From an uncultured delta proteobacterium (lineage in GTDB: Bacteria > Desulfobacterota > Syntrophia > Syntrophales > UBA2185), in contig CAVSPA010000010.1 of NCBI GenBank assembly GCA_963729715.1, positions 32,001 to 96,000 of the forward strand: a DNA stretch of 64,000 nucleotides. The letters are read 5' to 3'. A program made the translations under genes and the position numbers. How positions within the stretch are numbered: the stretch's first letter is position 1; each line of letters begins with the position of its first letter. The notes below the pieces were generated by a model. The model had not been told where the DNA came from and searched no databases. It worked only from the letters and a program-made list of their open reading frames with translations. Of this stretch, positions 17,327 to 27,598 are shown one piece after another.

Positions 17327-18264
17327 GACTGACCTCCCGCGCCTCGCAGAAGATTTATGGTTTCGGTGATGTTCTTTTCTATGGAACCGGTAAAGACAAA
17401 GCCAAGATCATGGAAACGCCGGCTTGAGACTTCATAGGACAACTGATTCATGATTTCCTCATCAACATACTGAATATTGATTTTACCGGTATACGGCCGA
17501 ATGCAAGAAATGACATCGTTTACGGTCATGTTTTCCGTGACGATGTTATAGACTCGACTGTCGAAACGCCGTTTGTCAAGAATGAAAAAGAGGGCGGCAA
17601 CAGCGTCGTTGATGGCCAGATACGGACGTTTCTGGTGCAGGGCCGTCCGCCAGACGGTGAGGGGCTGTCCCAGAACGGCCTGCCAGCAAAACTTGTTGAC
17701 GGCCGTGTGAAAACGCATCCCCGGCGATATTCCAACGATCGTACCAAAGCGACAGGTAACGAAACGCAGGCCTCTTTTCGCTGCCATTTCCTGTAGGAGA
17801 CGTTCTTCCATAAGCTTTGTCTCCGCATAGGGGCTCTGCGGCTTCAGGTCTTCCTCAGGACAATCCTCGTCCACCGTTGATCTTTGAGTTCCATAGACGC
17901 TTGTAGAGGAGAGGTGAATCATGGGGATGTTCAGGAGAGCGCAACTTTCGGCCACCTTTTTGGTGGCGTTATAATTTACATGTTCGACCTTTTCTCTGAT
18001 CTTGAAGCTCCCTGTTGCGTCAGTGACGGCGGCCAGATGGATTACCGCCTCGCAACCGGTCATTACAGAAGGCAGAGCCGCCTCCAAAACGTCGCCCTCG
18101 ATAAAACGATAGATACAGTCACCGGGAAGGTTGAACAATGAGGTGTAACGCTGGGTGGATAGGTTGTCGATCATGACGACCTCTGATGATGGTAAATGGC
18201 ATGTAATCTCCCTGATCAGCCTTGATCCGATATGTCCCAAAGAGCCTGTGACGAATATCTTCAT
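17323..18264 (-). CDS. NAD-dependent sugar epimerase/dehydratase (extended SDR)
   Basis: VTGSLGHIGS, HLAA, SSTSVYG, PYAETK. Confidence 0.9.
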   Translation of the reverse strand: MKIFVTGSLGHIGSRLIREITCHLPSSEVVMIDNLSTQRYTSLFNLPGDCIYRFIEGDVLEAALPSVMTGCEAVIHLAAVTDATGSFKIREKVEHVNYNATKKVAESCALLNIPMIHLSSTSVYGTQRSTVDEDCPEEDLKPQSPYAETKLMEERLLQEMAAKRGLRFVTCRFGTIVGISPGMRFHTAVNKFCWQAVLGQPLTVWRTALHQKRPYLAINDAVAALFFILDKRRFDSRVYNIVTENMTVNDVISCIRPYTGKINIQYVDEEIMNQLSYEVSSRRFHDLGFVFTGSIEKNITETINLLRGAGGQS

Positions 18265-18268
18265 GATA

Positions 18269-19279
18269 TCACCTTAAATATTTATCAAGACATGTTTCAT
18301 AATACCCTTTTGTCAGTAAAAGGCCAGTTTTCAGATCCGTCATGGGTTTCCAGTTGACAAGGGGTTTGATCTTTTTATTGCTGATAATGGCGTCGCCGAT
18401 CTCCATGGGTTTTCTGTCTTTCGGCCACTCGACTAATTTGACCTTGCCTGAGCCTATATACCTTACTGTGGCCTTCGCGATCTCGCAAACGCTATGGTGC
18501 TCATCGCCGACAGCGAAGAGCGTTTCGGTATTTGTCTTTTCAGTCTGTGATGAAAGGATTAAAGCTGAAACCACGTCACTGACAAAAATGGAGTTTCTTT
18601 TTTGTGCACCGTCGCCGAAAACAGTGATCGTTTTATTCTGCAGAGCCAGTCCTATAAAGTAATTGTTGAAAGTGAAATCGGCGCTGTGGATGCTTGCACG
18701 GGGGCCATAGGTGTTGGATATGCGGATGACCGTTGCTCTCAAACCGTACAAGTTCGCATAGATCAGGACATATTTTTCAGCGACGGTTTTGTTGGCCGAA
18801 TAGATGTCCGTCGGAAATTCCGCGTGATTCTCATCGGCGGGCTGGTAGTGGAGCCTTCCCAACTGTGTGCTGGTTCCGAGATGGATAAATTTCGCTTCCC
18901 GGTTAAAACGTCGGATGGCCTCCAGCAGATTGATAACAGCACGGCTGTTCACGTCCAGATTGATCCAAGGTTCGCGGATGGAAAAGCTATGAGAGGTGGA
19001 GGCAGCGCAGTTGAAGATAACATCCTTTTCAAATATATGTTCAGACAGCCGATCCATGTTCAAAATATCATAGTGACAAAGTTGAACAAAATCTCTGATC
19101 TTATGAATATTAAAAAGATTTCCTCCTGAGCTTGGATCCATGCAATCATAAATGGTGACCTCGGCGCCTAAGTCCAGGCATTTGTGGGCGAGATTGCTGC
19201 CGATAAATCCGAGCCCACCGGTGATCAGAATCCTCTGGCCTCTCAAGGACGGAAGTTTAATTTCGTTGTATTGTTTCAT
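18269..19279 (-). CDS. NAD-dependent sugar epimerase/dehydratase (extended SDR)
   Basis: ITGGLGFIGSNL, IYSANK, RISNTYGPR, VFGDGAQKR. Confidence 0.92.
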   Translation of the reverse strand: MKQYNEIKLPSLRGQRILITGGLGFIGSNLAHKCLDLGAEVTIYDCMDPSSGGNLFNIHKIRDFVQLCHYDILNMDRLSEHIFEKDVIFNCAASTSHSFSIREPWINLDVNSRAVINLLEAIRRFNREAKFIHLGTSTQLGRLHYQPADENHAEFPTDIYSANKTVAEKYVLIYANLYGLRATVIRISNTYGPRASIHSADFTFNNYFIGLALQNKTITVFGDGAQKRNSIFVSDVVSALILSSQTEKTNTETLFAVGDEHHSVCEIAKATVRYIGSGKVKLVEWPKDRKPMEIGDAIISNKKIKPLVNWKPMTDLKTGLLLTKGYYETCLDKYLR

Positions 19280-19291
19280 CTTTCCTCTCCC

Positions 19292-20404
19292 TTATTTCTT
19301 GAATATACTTCTGACACCCTCGCATACCCGGTCGATCTGTGATTCCGTCATGATGAGCGCGCCGGGAAGATTAATGCCACGGTCACAGATGTTATAGGCT
19401 ACGGGGTTTCGAGGGCGATAAATCGCCTCCTGTCCGGGGTATGCGGGAAGGGACGACAGCGGGTAGAAGAAGGGGCGCGTGGGCAGGCCTAGTTCCTGAA
19501 GCATTTCCATGGCTTTGACCTTATTCAGTTTATGGCTTTCCCCGATCAGGAGCCCGGTGATCCAGGCACTGTTGAATCCCCCTTCTGGTTCAGCGTTGAA
19601 TTGAATATCTGCGATGTCAGAGAGACGCTCTTTGTAGCTTTCAAATATCCAGCGTTTTTTTGCAATCAATTCGTCGAGGCGCTGGAACTGAGCGTATCCC
19701 ATGGCTGCCTGAAGATTGAAGGGCATGTACTTGTAAGTCACTTCGTAATTGAAATAGGCCGGGCCGTCGGGTCGGCGTCCGTGGTCCCTCAGGAAGCGAC
19801 ACCGTTCATTGAGCTTTTCATCGTCAAGAATCAGCATGCCCCCTTCACCGGTCACAAGGGTTTTTGTTCGGTGAAAACTGAATACAGAGCCAATCCCAAA
19901 TTTACCCGCCCGTATTCCCTTATACGTTGAGCCTAGAGCTTCCGCAGCATCTTCAATAAGCGGAATTCCATTTTCATCGGCTATACTAATAAGTTCATCC
20001 ATAAGAGGCATATTCCCAAAAAGGTCAACAGGAATAATGGCTTTTGTCTTTGACGTGATATTCCTTTTCACGGAATCGTGATCAAGGCACCAATGGACAG
20101 GGTCGATGTCACAAAAAACGGGTGTCGCTCTAAGATAGGTCACCGGCGAGGCAGTTGCAATCCATGTACATTCCGGGATTAGCACCTCATCTCCATCGCT
20201 TATGCCTAGAGCTGTCAATAACAGGTGGATTGCTGTGGTACAATTTGGTGTCATAATTCCATATTTGCGATTGTGGTACGCAGCAAATTCCCGTTGAAAA
20301 GCTTCTACATAATCGTAATTGTACCAGCCGTTTCTCATGCAATCTTCAACGACCTTGATTTCGTGCTCAGTGATCCAAGGGCCAGCCATATAGATTTGTT
20401 CCAT
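19292..20404 (-). CDS. DegT/DnrJ/EryC1/StrS PLP-dependent sugar aminotransferase (perosamine synthase-like)
   Basis: IEDAAEALG...FSFHRTKTLVTGEGGM...RDHG. Confidence 0.93.
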   Translation of the reverse strand: MEQIYMAGPWITEHEIKVVEDCMRNGWYNYDYVEAFQREFAAYHNRKYGIMTPNCTTAIHLLLTALGISDGDEVLIPECTWIATASPVTYLRATPVFCDIDPVHWCLDHDSVKRNITSKTKAIIPVDLFGNMPLMDELISIADENGIPLIEDAAEALGSTYKGIRAGKFGIGSVFSFHRTKTLVTGEGGMLILDDEKLNERCRFLRDHGRRPDGPAYFNYEVTYKYMPFNLQAAMGYAQFQRLDELIAKKRWIFESYKERLSDIADIQFNAEPEGGFNSAWITGLLIGESHKLNKVKAMEMLQELGLPTRPFFYPLSSLPAYPGQEAIYRPRNPVAYNICDRGINLPGALIMTESQIDRVCEGVRSIFKK

Positions 20405-20408
20405 ATCT

Positions 20409-20999
20409 TTATCCTATATTTGAATTATTTTCGTTGAAGATCAGCTTCAAGAGACCAGCAATTGATACAGCATCTGTTATCAATCCGTCATTTATCAATT
20501 CTAAAGCAAACTGTAAGGGGATCCTTTTTAGGATAATATGTTCTGTTTCTTCTAATTCCATTTTTCCATGGAGTAGCTCTTTTGCTAAAAAAACAAAGAC
20601 TTCCTCATCGGTAATAGAATTACAAGTATACATATGAAGGATAAGTTGCCATTTGTTAGCAGTTAAACCTGTTTCTTCTTTAAGCTCTCTTTTGGCAGCT
20701 CCCCAAACATCTTCATTTGTTGAGGCACCTCCTCCTGGTATTTCCCAAGAACATTGGTCTATAGGATACCGATATTGACCAACAAGCCAAAGATGTTTAT
20801 CTTGTTCAAGTGCGATAATTCCGACTGTCCTTTTCTTAAACTTAATCTTGGCATATAAACTCTTTATTCCCCGTGGACTAATAACCTTATCTTCTTGAAG
20901 AATGATCCATTCATTCTCATAAATATCCTTTGAGGTTAAAGTCTTCCAAGGATTAACAATTTCTGTCTCATGAATAGATGTCAATTCAGGTTTCCTCAT
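20409..20999 (-). CDS. NUDIX hydrolase (ADP-ribose/NDP-sugar pyrophosphatase-like)
   Basis: Nudix box WEIPGGG...AAKRELKEETG; QYRYP. Confidence 0.92.
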   Translation of the reverse strand: MRKPELTSIHETEIVNPWKTLTSKDIYENEWIILQEDKVISPRGIKSLYAKIKFKKRTVGIIALEQDKHLWLVGQYRYPIDQCSWEIPGGGASTNEDVWGAAKRELKEETGLTANKWQLILHMYTCNSITDEEVFVFLAKELLHGKMELEETEHIILKRIPLQFALELINDGLITDAVSIAGLLKLIFNENNSNIG

Positions 21000-21058
21000 C
21001 CTATAATTAGACCTTCTTTCACAGCTGTGTTATCAAAAATATCTTTCTTGCCTGTCTA

Positions 21059-21727
21059 TCAGCTTCTATTTGTTTTTGCAGGGACACCCACAACCGTTAC
21101 ACCTGCGGGTGTATCTTGAGTGACAACCGCACCCGCACCTACTATAGAATCATCCCCAATATGTATACGCGGCAGAACTGTTGCACCAGCGCCTATCCAT
21201 ACATTAATCCCCAAAATGACAAGGCCACATAAAGTAGCGCCAGGGGAAATTTCTACCCCATCTGATAATATGCATTCATGGTCAATAGATGCCTTTGTAT
21301 TTATTATGCATTGCTTCCCAATTTTCGCTTCAGGATTAACAATTGAACCCGCCATAAACTGGCAACCTTTTCCAACGGTGGCATTTATTGCAATTTGGGC
21401 GCTATGATGCGCTATTGTAACTGGCAATAATCCTGCAGCAACCATCAGTTCATGATACTTCATTCGTACACGCCCATGGGGGTTGCCAATAGCAACGCAA
21501 AATCCAATTTCATTACGACGAGACTGCGATCGAAGCCATTCATGGAAACCATCTAATCCAAAATACAAAGGCACATCGGAAAAGGGGGAGGGAAGATTCG
21601 GCGTATCATCGAAAACAGCCACTACCTTGGAACCGTAGCTCTCAATAATCGGTCGTAAAACTTTTGCCTGACCAGTGCCACCCCAAAGAATTGTTATTGG
21701 TGGCAATCTATTTAAGTGATCATTCAT
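21059..21727 (-). CDS. Sugar N/O-acetyltransferase, NeuD/PglD/PerB family
   Basis: WGGTGQAKV, VAIGN...R, hexapeptide repeats, IDHEC, GAGAVV...VVGVPAK. Confidence 0.9.
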   Translation of the reverse strand: MNDHLNRLPPITILWGGTGQAKVLRPIIESYGSKVVAVFDDTPNLPSPFSDVPLYFGLDGFHEWLRSQSRRNEIGFCVAIGNPHGRVRMKYHELMVAAGLLPVTIAHHSAQIAINATVGKGCQFMAGSIVNPEAKIGKQCIINTKASIDHECILSDGVEISPGATLCGLVILGINVWIGAGATVLPRIHIGDDSIVGAGAVVTQDTPAGVTVVGVPAKTNRS

Positions 21728-21769
21728 TTTGGCGATATTCTTCCTGTAGAAAATGTAATTTAAAGCGGA

Positions 21770-22231
21770 TTACTTAATCGAAGGACCTTTAATCCAGTCA
21801 TATCCAAGTTCCGTGTCATCATGAGGAATCCTACCCTCATCTTCTGGATTGTACACGTTGGATGTTACGTAAAACAGGTGTGCCGGCCCGCTAATACATT
21901 TACAGCCGTGAGCTACGCCAGGCGGAATGCGCAGAACTCCTGCCGTCTGGTTTTCACCCATGAAAAGTTCCATCGTTTCTTTATAGTTTAAAGAGTCAGG
22001 ACGTGCGTCATGTAAGGCTACTTTCAAAACACCTCCCGCTACATACCACCAGTCCACTTGCTTTTGATGAATATGCCAAGCCTTCACGACGCCTGCGTAC
22101 ATCAAAGAGTGGCTCCATTGACCAAATCCCTCGGCAAAAAATTCATCCGTTACACGTATGATTTCACAAAAAAACCCACGTTCGTCAGCGTGTGTTACCA
22201 AATTCTTGAACATAACACCGTCAATCATCAT
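21770..22231 (-). CDS. dTDP-4-dehydrorhamnose 3,5-epimerase family (cupin)
   Basis: [10 protein letters not shown]...VVKAWHIH...IPPGVAHG...YDW. Confidence 0.88.
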   Translation of the reverse strand: MMIDGVMFKNLVTHADERGFFCEIIRVTDEFFAEGFGQWSHSLMYAGVVKAWHIHQKQVDWWYVAGGVLKVALHDARPDSLNYKETMELFMGENQTAGVLRIPPGVAHGCKCISGPAHLFYVTSNVYNPEDEGRIPHDDTELGYDWIKGPSIK

Positions 22232-23330
22232 TTTTCTCCAAAAACTTTCGGATTGCCGTTACTATAGTGTGAAGCTCTGCCTCTGTCAGCTCTGGATATA
22301 TGGGCATGGAGAGGATCTCGTCAGCCGCTTTTTCTGTCTCTTCCATGCCGTCTCCGCAGCGAATGCGCCCTCGGTAGGCCGGTTGCAGGTGGACGGGAAT
22401 TGGATAGTGGATCAGGGCACCAATGCCCCGCTTCTTCAGAAAAGTTAAGAGGGCATCTCTTCTCCGTGAACGTACCACATAGAGATGATAAACATGGCTG
22501 GCATCCTGTCTGCAGTTCGGGATGCTTATGCCTGTTCCTCTAATATTGTCATCATATAATTTAGCGATGTCAGTCCTCTTGGTATTGTCACCATCCAAAT
22601 AGCGAAGTTTTACCCGTAATATGGCTGCCTGTAGTTCGTCAAGGCGGGAGTTCCATCCGCGTGCATGGCTGATATAGCGCTCAGCCCATCCATATTCACG
22701 TAACAAGCGTGCCCTTTGGGCCAGTTCATCATTGGATGTTACGACTATACCGCCATCCCCTAATCCCCCCAAATTCTTTGTGGGATAGAAACTGAAGCAG
22801 GCCATATCGCCAAATGAACCAACATGCTTGTTTCTGTAAGTTGCACCAGTCGCTTGAGCACAGTCTTCAATCATGCGTAATCCATGTTTTTGTGCAATCT
22901 CGAGGATAGGTAGTAGGTTTGCGGATTGGCCATAGAGATGAACGGGAATAACGGCCTTTGTTCTAGGTGTAATCATTTTTTCCAACTTCGCCGGATCTAG
23001 CGTGTAATACTGCGGCTCAATATCAATAAATACTGGGATAGCGCCTGTTAATTCAATAGCTGCGACTGTGGCCACGGCAGTGTGGGAAACGGTTATTACT
23101 TCATCACCATGTCCGATATCACATGCCGCGAGAGCAAGGTGAATAGCTTCCGTACCGCTCCCTACGCCTATGCCGTGAGACAAACCGATATAGGTGGCAA
23201 ACTCGTATTCAAAGGCTTTAACCTCCTCACCCAGAATATACCATCCTTTATCCAAAACCCGATGAATGGCTTCGTCTAATTCAGGCTTGTGTGCCAAATA
23301 TTGGGCGTGAGGGTTACTGCAGAGGATCAT
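22221..23330 (-). CDS. DegT/DnrJ family sugar aminotransferase
   Basis: [43 protein letters not shown] 23330 overlaps the upstream stop. Confidence 0.93.
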   Translation of the reverse strand: MILCSNPHAQYLAHKPELDEAIHRVLDKGWYILGEEVKAFEYEFATYIGLSHGIGVGSGTEAIHLALAACDIGHGDEVITVSHTAVATVAAIELTGAIPVFIDIEPQYYTLDPAKLEKMITPRTKAVIPVHLYGQSANLLPILEIAQKHGLRMIEDCAQATGATYRNKHVGSFGDMACFSFYPTKNLGGLGDGGIVVTSNDELAQRARLLREYGWAERYISHARGWNSRLDELQAAILRVKLRYLDGDNTKRTDIAKLYDDNIRGTGISIPNCRQDASHVYHLYVVRSRRRDALLTFLKKRGIGALIHYPIPVHLQPAYRGRIRCGDGMEETEKAADEILSMPIYPELTEAELHTIVTAIRKFLEKNDD

Positions 23331-24550
23331 CCGATTATTTGCACCTTCGGTACATAGACTATCCATTTACCACCCCTACCAAAGAAAGGCCTTTCTTTTG
23401 CCATAATCTCGTCAGCATGATTCCAACCGAAGAGTAATGCATAATCGGGGTAGTCTGTTTTGAATTCTTCATAAGGTCGAACAGGAATGTGAGCACCCGG
23501 ACTGTATTTTCCTTGCTTGAGGGGTGTTGTATCACTTATATATTCCAGAAGGTCCGTGGTTATACTACAGTAGTTTGTAACGGTCGTACTTTTCGAAGTT
23601 GCAGCGTAACCGACCACACGTCTGTTTTCATTTTTGAGATTCAATAGAAGCTGTTTTAATTGATCCCTGGACTTTTCCACAGATTTCCGGAACAGCTCAT
23701 AGGTTTCTCGTTGATGTAATCCCAACGCACGTTCTTTGTCGATTTGTGTCATTACGAAAGAAGACGGCGTATGAATACCTTTATGGGAAATATAGTATCT
23801 CATGGAGCCGCCATGAACGTTGTGTGGTTCAGTGTGAATAACTTCGAGATCGTACTGAGAGAATAAAAGGTGTATTGACTGGAGTGAAAAATAGAATGCA
23901 TGCTCGTCATAGATCTGGTCATAGGCGGTTTTTTCCAGAATATCCCCGAGGTAAGGATCTTCGAAGATAAATATGCCGCCGGGTTTCAAAAGAAGTTTAA
24001 TCCCTTTTGCCACGGAGTGAAGATAGGGGATATGACACATGACATTGGCGGCAATGATTGCGTCGGCGTGCCCGCTCTCCGATACAATGTGCCGGGCAAT
24101 ATTTTCATCAAAAAATGCACAGATGGATTTGACCCCCTTTCTAATAGCAGCTTCCGCTACATTAGCTGATGGCTCTATGCCAAGATGGCGTATGTTTCGC
24201 TTGGCAAAGTTTTCAAGAAGGATGCCATCGTTGCTCCCGATTTCGACGACAAAGGGGTCACAAACTCCTGCCAGAAAATTCTGCATGACCTTTTCGGCAA
24301 ACATTCCAAAGTGACGTGCCATAAACAAAGAAGTTGACGAAAAGAAAGCGTATTGCTCATGAAACATTTTTTCGCGGTCGACGAATTCTAGCAATTGGAC
24401 CATTTTGCATTCAGGACAGAAACCAACAATAAGGTTATAAAAATATTCTTGATAAAATTGATCCGGCATAAGAAATCCATTGGCGATCGGCATTTTACCA
24501 AAGGAAATGAAAGGTTCAATTTCGTGGGCACATATCTGGCATTGATACAT
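23327..24550 (-). CDS. NDP-hexose C-methyltransferase (zinc-binding, class I SAM)
   Basis: CQIC...CPEC zinc site; [41 protein letters not shown]...EI. Confidence 0.92.
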   Translation of the reverse strand: MYQCQICAHEIEPFISFGKMPIANGFLMPDQFYQEYFYNLIVGFCPECKMVQLLEFVDREKMFHEQYAFFSSTSLFMARHFGMFAEKVMQNFLAGVCDPFVVEIGSNDGILLENFAKRNIRHLGIEPSANVAEAAIRKGVKSICAFFDENIARHIVSESGHADAIIAANVMCHIPYLHSVAKGIKLLLKPGGIFIFEDPYLGDILEKTAYDQIYDEHAFYFSLQSIHLLFSQYDLEVIHTEPHNVHGGSMRYYISHKGIHTPSSFVMTQIDKERALGLHQRETYELFRKSVEKSRDQLKQLLLNLKNENRRVVGYAATSKSTTVTNYCSITTDLLEYISDTTPLKQGKYSPGAHIPVRPYEEFKTDYPDYALLFGWNHADEIMAKERPFFGRGGKWIVYVPKVQIIG

Positions 24551-26906
24551 AAATGCTTCCTTGATTATTAATGGTATTTAATGATAATTCTTGAGCAGTA
24601 CGATGACACTTATTATAGGCAGTTCTCAGTTCTTCCCATTCCGGATAAATAAGAAGGGCTTCGCCAAGCGCCTTTATGACATTCGTAACATAAAAATGTT
24701 CAAGATGTTTTGCATGATCATGGATATCCGACCCATAGCGCCTTCCATCCCATGTACAATAAAAGCAACCCGCATTGACCAATAGGATAGCTCTGTTGAT
24801 CTCATATCGTAGTTGTTTTTCCCAGCGCGTCCTAAAACAACGGATGATTTCATGTGTCAATTGTTCTTTTTTGTCCAAAGGAAGAGATGAGTAGTTTATC
24901 AATTCGCAATGTGAATAGGTCAAACGGCAAAATGGCAATGTAATACCTTCCTCTAACCAGGGCGGATCCATTGATAGGATCAAATCCGTGTAGTGCTCTT
25001 CGAAGGAGCGCTCGTAATTTCTTGTCAGGTTTCTTATAAAAAGAAAATCGTCAATTTGAATGATTTTTCCCATCAGAGCGACCTCGGCAAGAAAGAGAGT
25101 GTCATGTGCATAGGCGTCTTTCCTAAAGGAACGGGCCTTTCGGATGACCTCGCGTCTGAATAATCCGTACATTGCATTACACATCATCAGTTCCCAGATG
25201 ACGTGAAGAAAGCGTTCACATGGATCGTCCTGATCCGCCTTGACGGTATCATTACCGATGCCTATATATTTTGAATTGTTTTGATAGACCTTCGACTTTG
25301 AGTACACGAGGACTATGGAATCATCTTCGTTAATCTTTTCAAAGGACTTCCTTATATAAGATTTCTCCATGCGGTCGTCATAAGATCCCCACATAAAGAA
25401 AGGCGCCGACGACAATTCAACAACACGAAAGAAATTTTGGACACCGATGCAGTTGCTGTGGTCATCTGTGGGGAAGTATTTTATGCGGTGATCCAATTTT
25501 TCGTAATGGGTAGCGATTTCTTGAACAAAGGGATCACTTCCATGGTCAGAAATGATAACCTCAAAGTCCCAATAATCTTGAGATAGAATTGATTCCAGTG
25601 AATCAGCAAGCATGGTGCCGCCGCTATAAATAGGGAATCCAATACTTACCATTGGGATATGCTGACAGTGCAAATGATTTACCGGATTCGAAATAGTGAC
25701 AGGCGGCATTTCCAAATTATACCCCAATTGGTTAGCCAAAGAACCACAGGTATTATTCACAATATTTCTTATAGTGGGAGACCACATTTCCGGATTCGGA
25801 AAACGTCCATAGTTCTGAGAATTTAAACGCATTTCTAATATCTGTGCTATTTCTTTCTCACAGTACCCATCAATATTGAGGAATTCGAAAATTTCTTGGA
25901 TTTTAGATGATCCAGATTGGATGTCCTCAAAACGAACGATCAGATATCTATCATTGTTTATTTTGGATAGAAATTTAAGTATCCAATTATAAGTTTCTAC
26001 CCAAAGCCAGCAGATCTTTTCGATTTGGCTGAAAGACTTCCAAGTTAAATAGAATTCGGAAATTCTTGGAGGTTGCATTCGTATAGAATCGTCGGAACGG
26101 CCTTGATAGAAGTTTTGTTTCAGAGCGGATCGAACGAATTGATGCGGATGACGCACCAGGACGAGAAATTTGGAATGCAATAATTCTCGGGCGATAGCAT
26201 CTGCGAATGGTGTCAGCGTGGGCGTAGTTTCACCATATACGAAGCCATCTTTCAGTGCTGCGGTAATGAGAGCAAAACGCTTCTGTCTGAGGACATCAGA
26301 TTTATTCACATCACCGCTCCATGCCAGAACCGATTCTCCTTCTATCGCTGGAGTGGGATAGAAATGCATCTTAACTCTCTTGGACGAAGTCAAAATTTTC
26401 GATAGAGTATGAATTCCGCAACACCCGGTGGATAGAACAAAAAAAGATTCTGCCCGGTGTGTTTCATCAGGAACGTTTAGTGCTAAAGACGGTCTGTTTG
26501 AGTCCCGGTGGGAGAGAACACCGACCTCGTCAAGAATTTTTTTCATTTCCTCGTCCTGGGGGTTGCGCTGTACCAATTTTTTCAAAAGGGGCTCTATCGC
26601 CGACAACTGGTTTGTTGTTCTCAGCATATGTGCAAGATTAAGTGCAGCCTCCCGGTAATAAGGATCGATGGATAGCGCCTTGAGTAAGTAGTCGGTTGCC
26701 GTCTTGTTATTTCCCTCCTGGTAGACTATGACTCCTAGATTATTCAAGGCCTCTATGTTGGAGGGGTCTGTTTCGATTACTGAGAGGAAACATTGTTTTG
26801 CATCTTCGTACCTCCCTTTGCCAAAAAACTCATCAGCCCGTTCAAACAGGTTTTTTGTTCGGGCCAGGTCTTCATCCCTTACTGCATTCTTCATTTCCAT
26901 GCACAT
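24516..26906 (-). CDS. TPR + sulfotransferase-like + GT2 fusion protein
   Basis: N-terminal TPRs (EALNNLGVI); FVLSTGCCG, LVLVRHP and LIVRFED sulfotransferase-like elements; VSIGFPIYSG...SILSQ...VIISDHGSD GT2 domain. Confidence 0.8.
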   Translation of the reverse strand: MCMEMKNAVRDEDLARTKNLFERADEFFGKGRYEDAKQCFLSVIETDPSNIEALNNLGVIVYQEGNNKTATDYLLKALSIDPYYREAALNLAHMLRTTNQLSAIEPLLKKLVQRNPQDEEMKKILDEVGVLSHRDSNRPSLALNVPDETHRAESFFVLSTGCCGIHTLSKILTSSKRVKMHFYPTPAIEGESVLAWSGDVNKSDVLRQKRFALITAALKDGFVYGETTPTLTPFADAIARELLHSKFLVLVRHPHQFVRSALKQNFYQGRSDDSIRMQPPRISEFYLTWKSFSQIEKICWLWVETYNWILKFLSKINNDRYLIVRFEDIQSGSSKIQEIFEFLNIDGYCEKEIAQILEMRLNSQNYGRFPNPEMWSPTIRNIVNNTCGSLANQLGYNLEMPPVTISNPVNHLHCQHIPMVSIGFPIYSGGTMLADSLESILSQDYWDFEVIISDHGSDPFVQEIATHYEKLDHRIKYFPTDDHSNCIGVQNFFRVVELSSAPFFMWGSYDDRMEKSYIRKSFEKINEDDSIVLVYSKSKVYQNNSKYIGIGNDTVKADQDDPCERFLHVIWELMMCNAMYGLFRREVIRKARSFRKDAYAHDTLFLAEVALMGKIIQIDDFLFIRNLTRNYERSFEEHYTDLILSMDPPWLEEGITLPFCRLTYSHCELINYSSLPLDKKEQLTHEIIRCFRTRWEKQLRYEINRAILLVNAGCFYCTWDGRRYGSDIHDHAKHLEHFYVTNVIKALGEALLIYPEWEELRTAYNKCHRTAQELSLNTINNQGSIYVSMPDMCPRN

Positions 26907-27168
26907 ATCCTTTCATGAAGAAAGTTCTGAGCCTTTTCGTGCTAAAAAAATTGATTTCAAATTGTACTCAATAGTCATGCCAGGACTTCAAATAGGAGAC
27001 AGTACGTAGCTAGGAGATTAGCTTCTTCCCGTTCGGATAGTTGCTGCTTGTTCGTCTGCCTTGATTTGTTTTACCGGAGGGGAGAATTTACCCGATTTTC
27101 TCGATATAGCTTCGCCCCCTCAATTATAAAATGAGTCGGATAGTTTTAATTGACAAATAAACCTCATC

Positions 27169-27349
27169 CTATCGACAGGCCTGGTCTAAATTTTTACTGA
27201 TGATGGCCAAGAACTGAATGCATTCTTGAAAGTCAGAATTTATTTTCAATCCCTTTTCCATTGTATTTTTTTGATGGCTTCCAATCACATGCTTCGATGT
27301 AAGCCCTTGCCATATTAATAAAGCCAATTCTTTTGATTTCTTTCTGCAC
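27169..27349 (-). pseudogene. Internally deleted, frameshifted remnant of a TPR gene paralogous to 28912..29637
   Basis: GTG-QKEIKR...FINMARAYIEACDWK, then frameshift to EKGLKINSDFQECIQFL; compare MAAEIKRE...YYNIARVQMERKDWK...EALKINPLFKEGNDLL. Confidence 0.5.
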
Positions 27350-27398
27350 GAGAATTCCCTTTAATAGTAGGTGTCAATCATTCAACCTGTCGGCTTTA

Positions 27399-27415
27399 AG
27401 CGAAAATCATGCCGT
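27399..27415 (-). promoter_or_regulatory. Possible sigma54 (-24/-12) promoter
   Basis: Minus strand CGGCATGATTTTCGCT = GG-N10-GC, about 50 nt upstream of the remnant's GTG. Confidence 0.4.
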
Positions 27416-27598
27416 TTTTAACCAATGACATTAGAAATGAGGCGGCAAATAATTCCTGATAAGAATTTTTGTCGGGCATTCACTACTTGCTTTGCCATTG
27501 GGAAACATTTTTCAAGCTTTTTAAAGTTATCCTTTTTGGATCATCTGACTTTGTTGTACAATGAAACAGGCATAAGTACCTGTAAAGCTTTTATAAAT

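Noticed and set aside
26968..26983. sigma54-like site TGGCATGACTATTGA upstream of the glycan operon, and TTGCATGCTTCTTGCA upstream of the TPR gene (about 29664-29680)
   Set aside because: Each breaks one of the near-invariant GG/GC dinucleotides; suggestive but not supportable.
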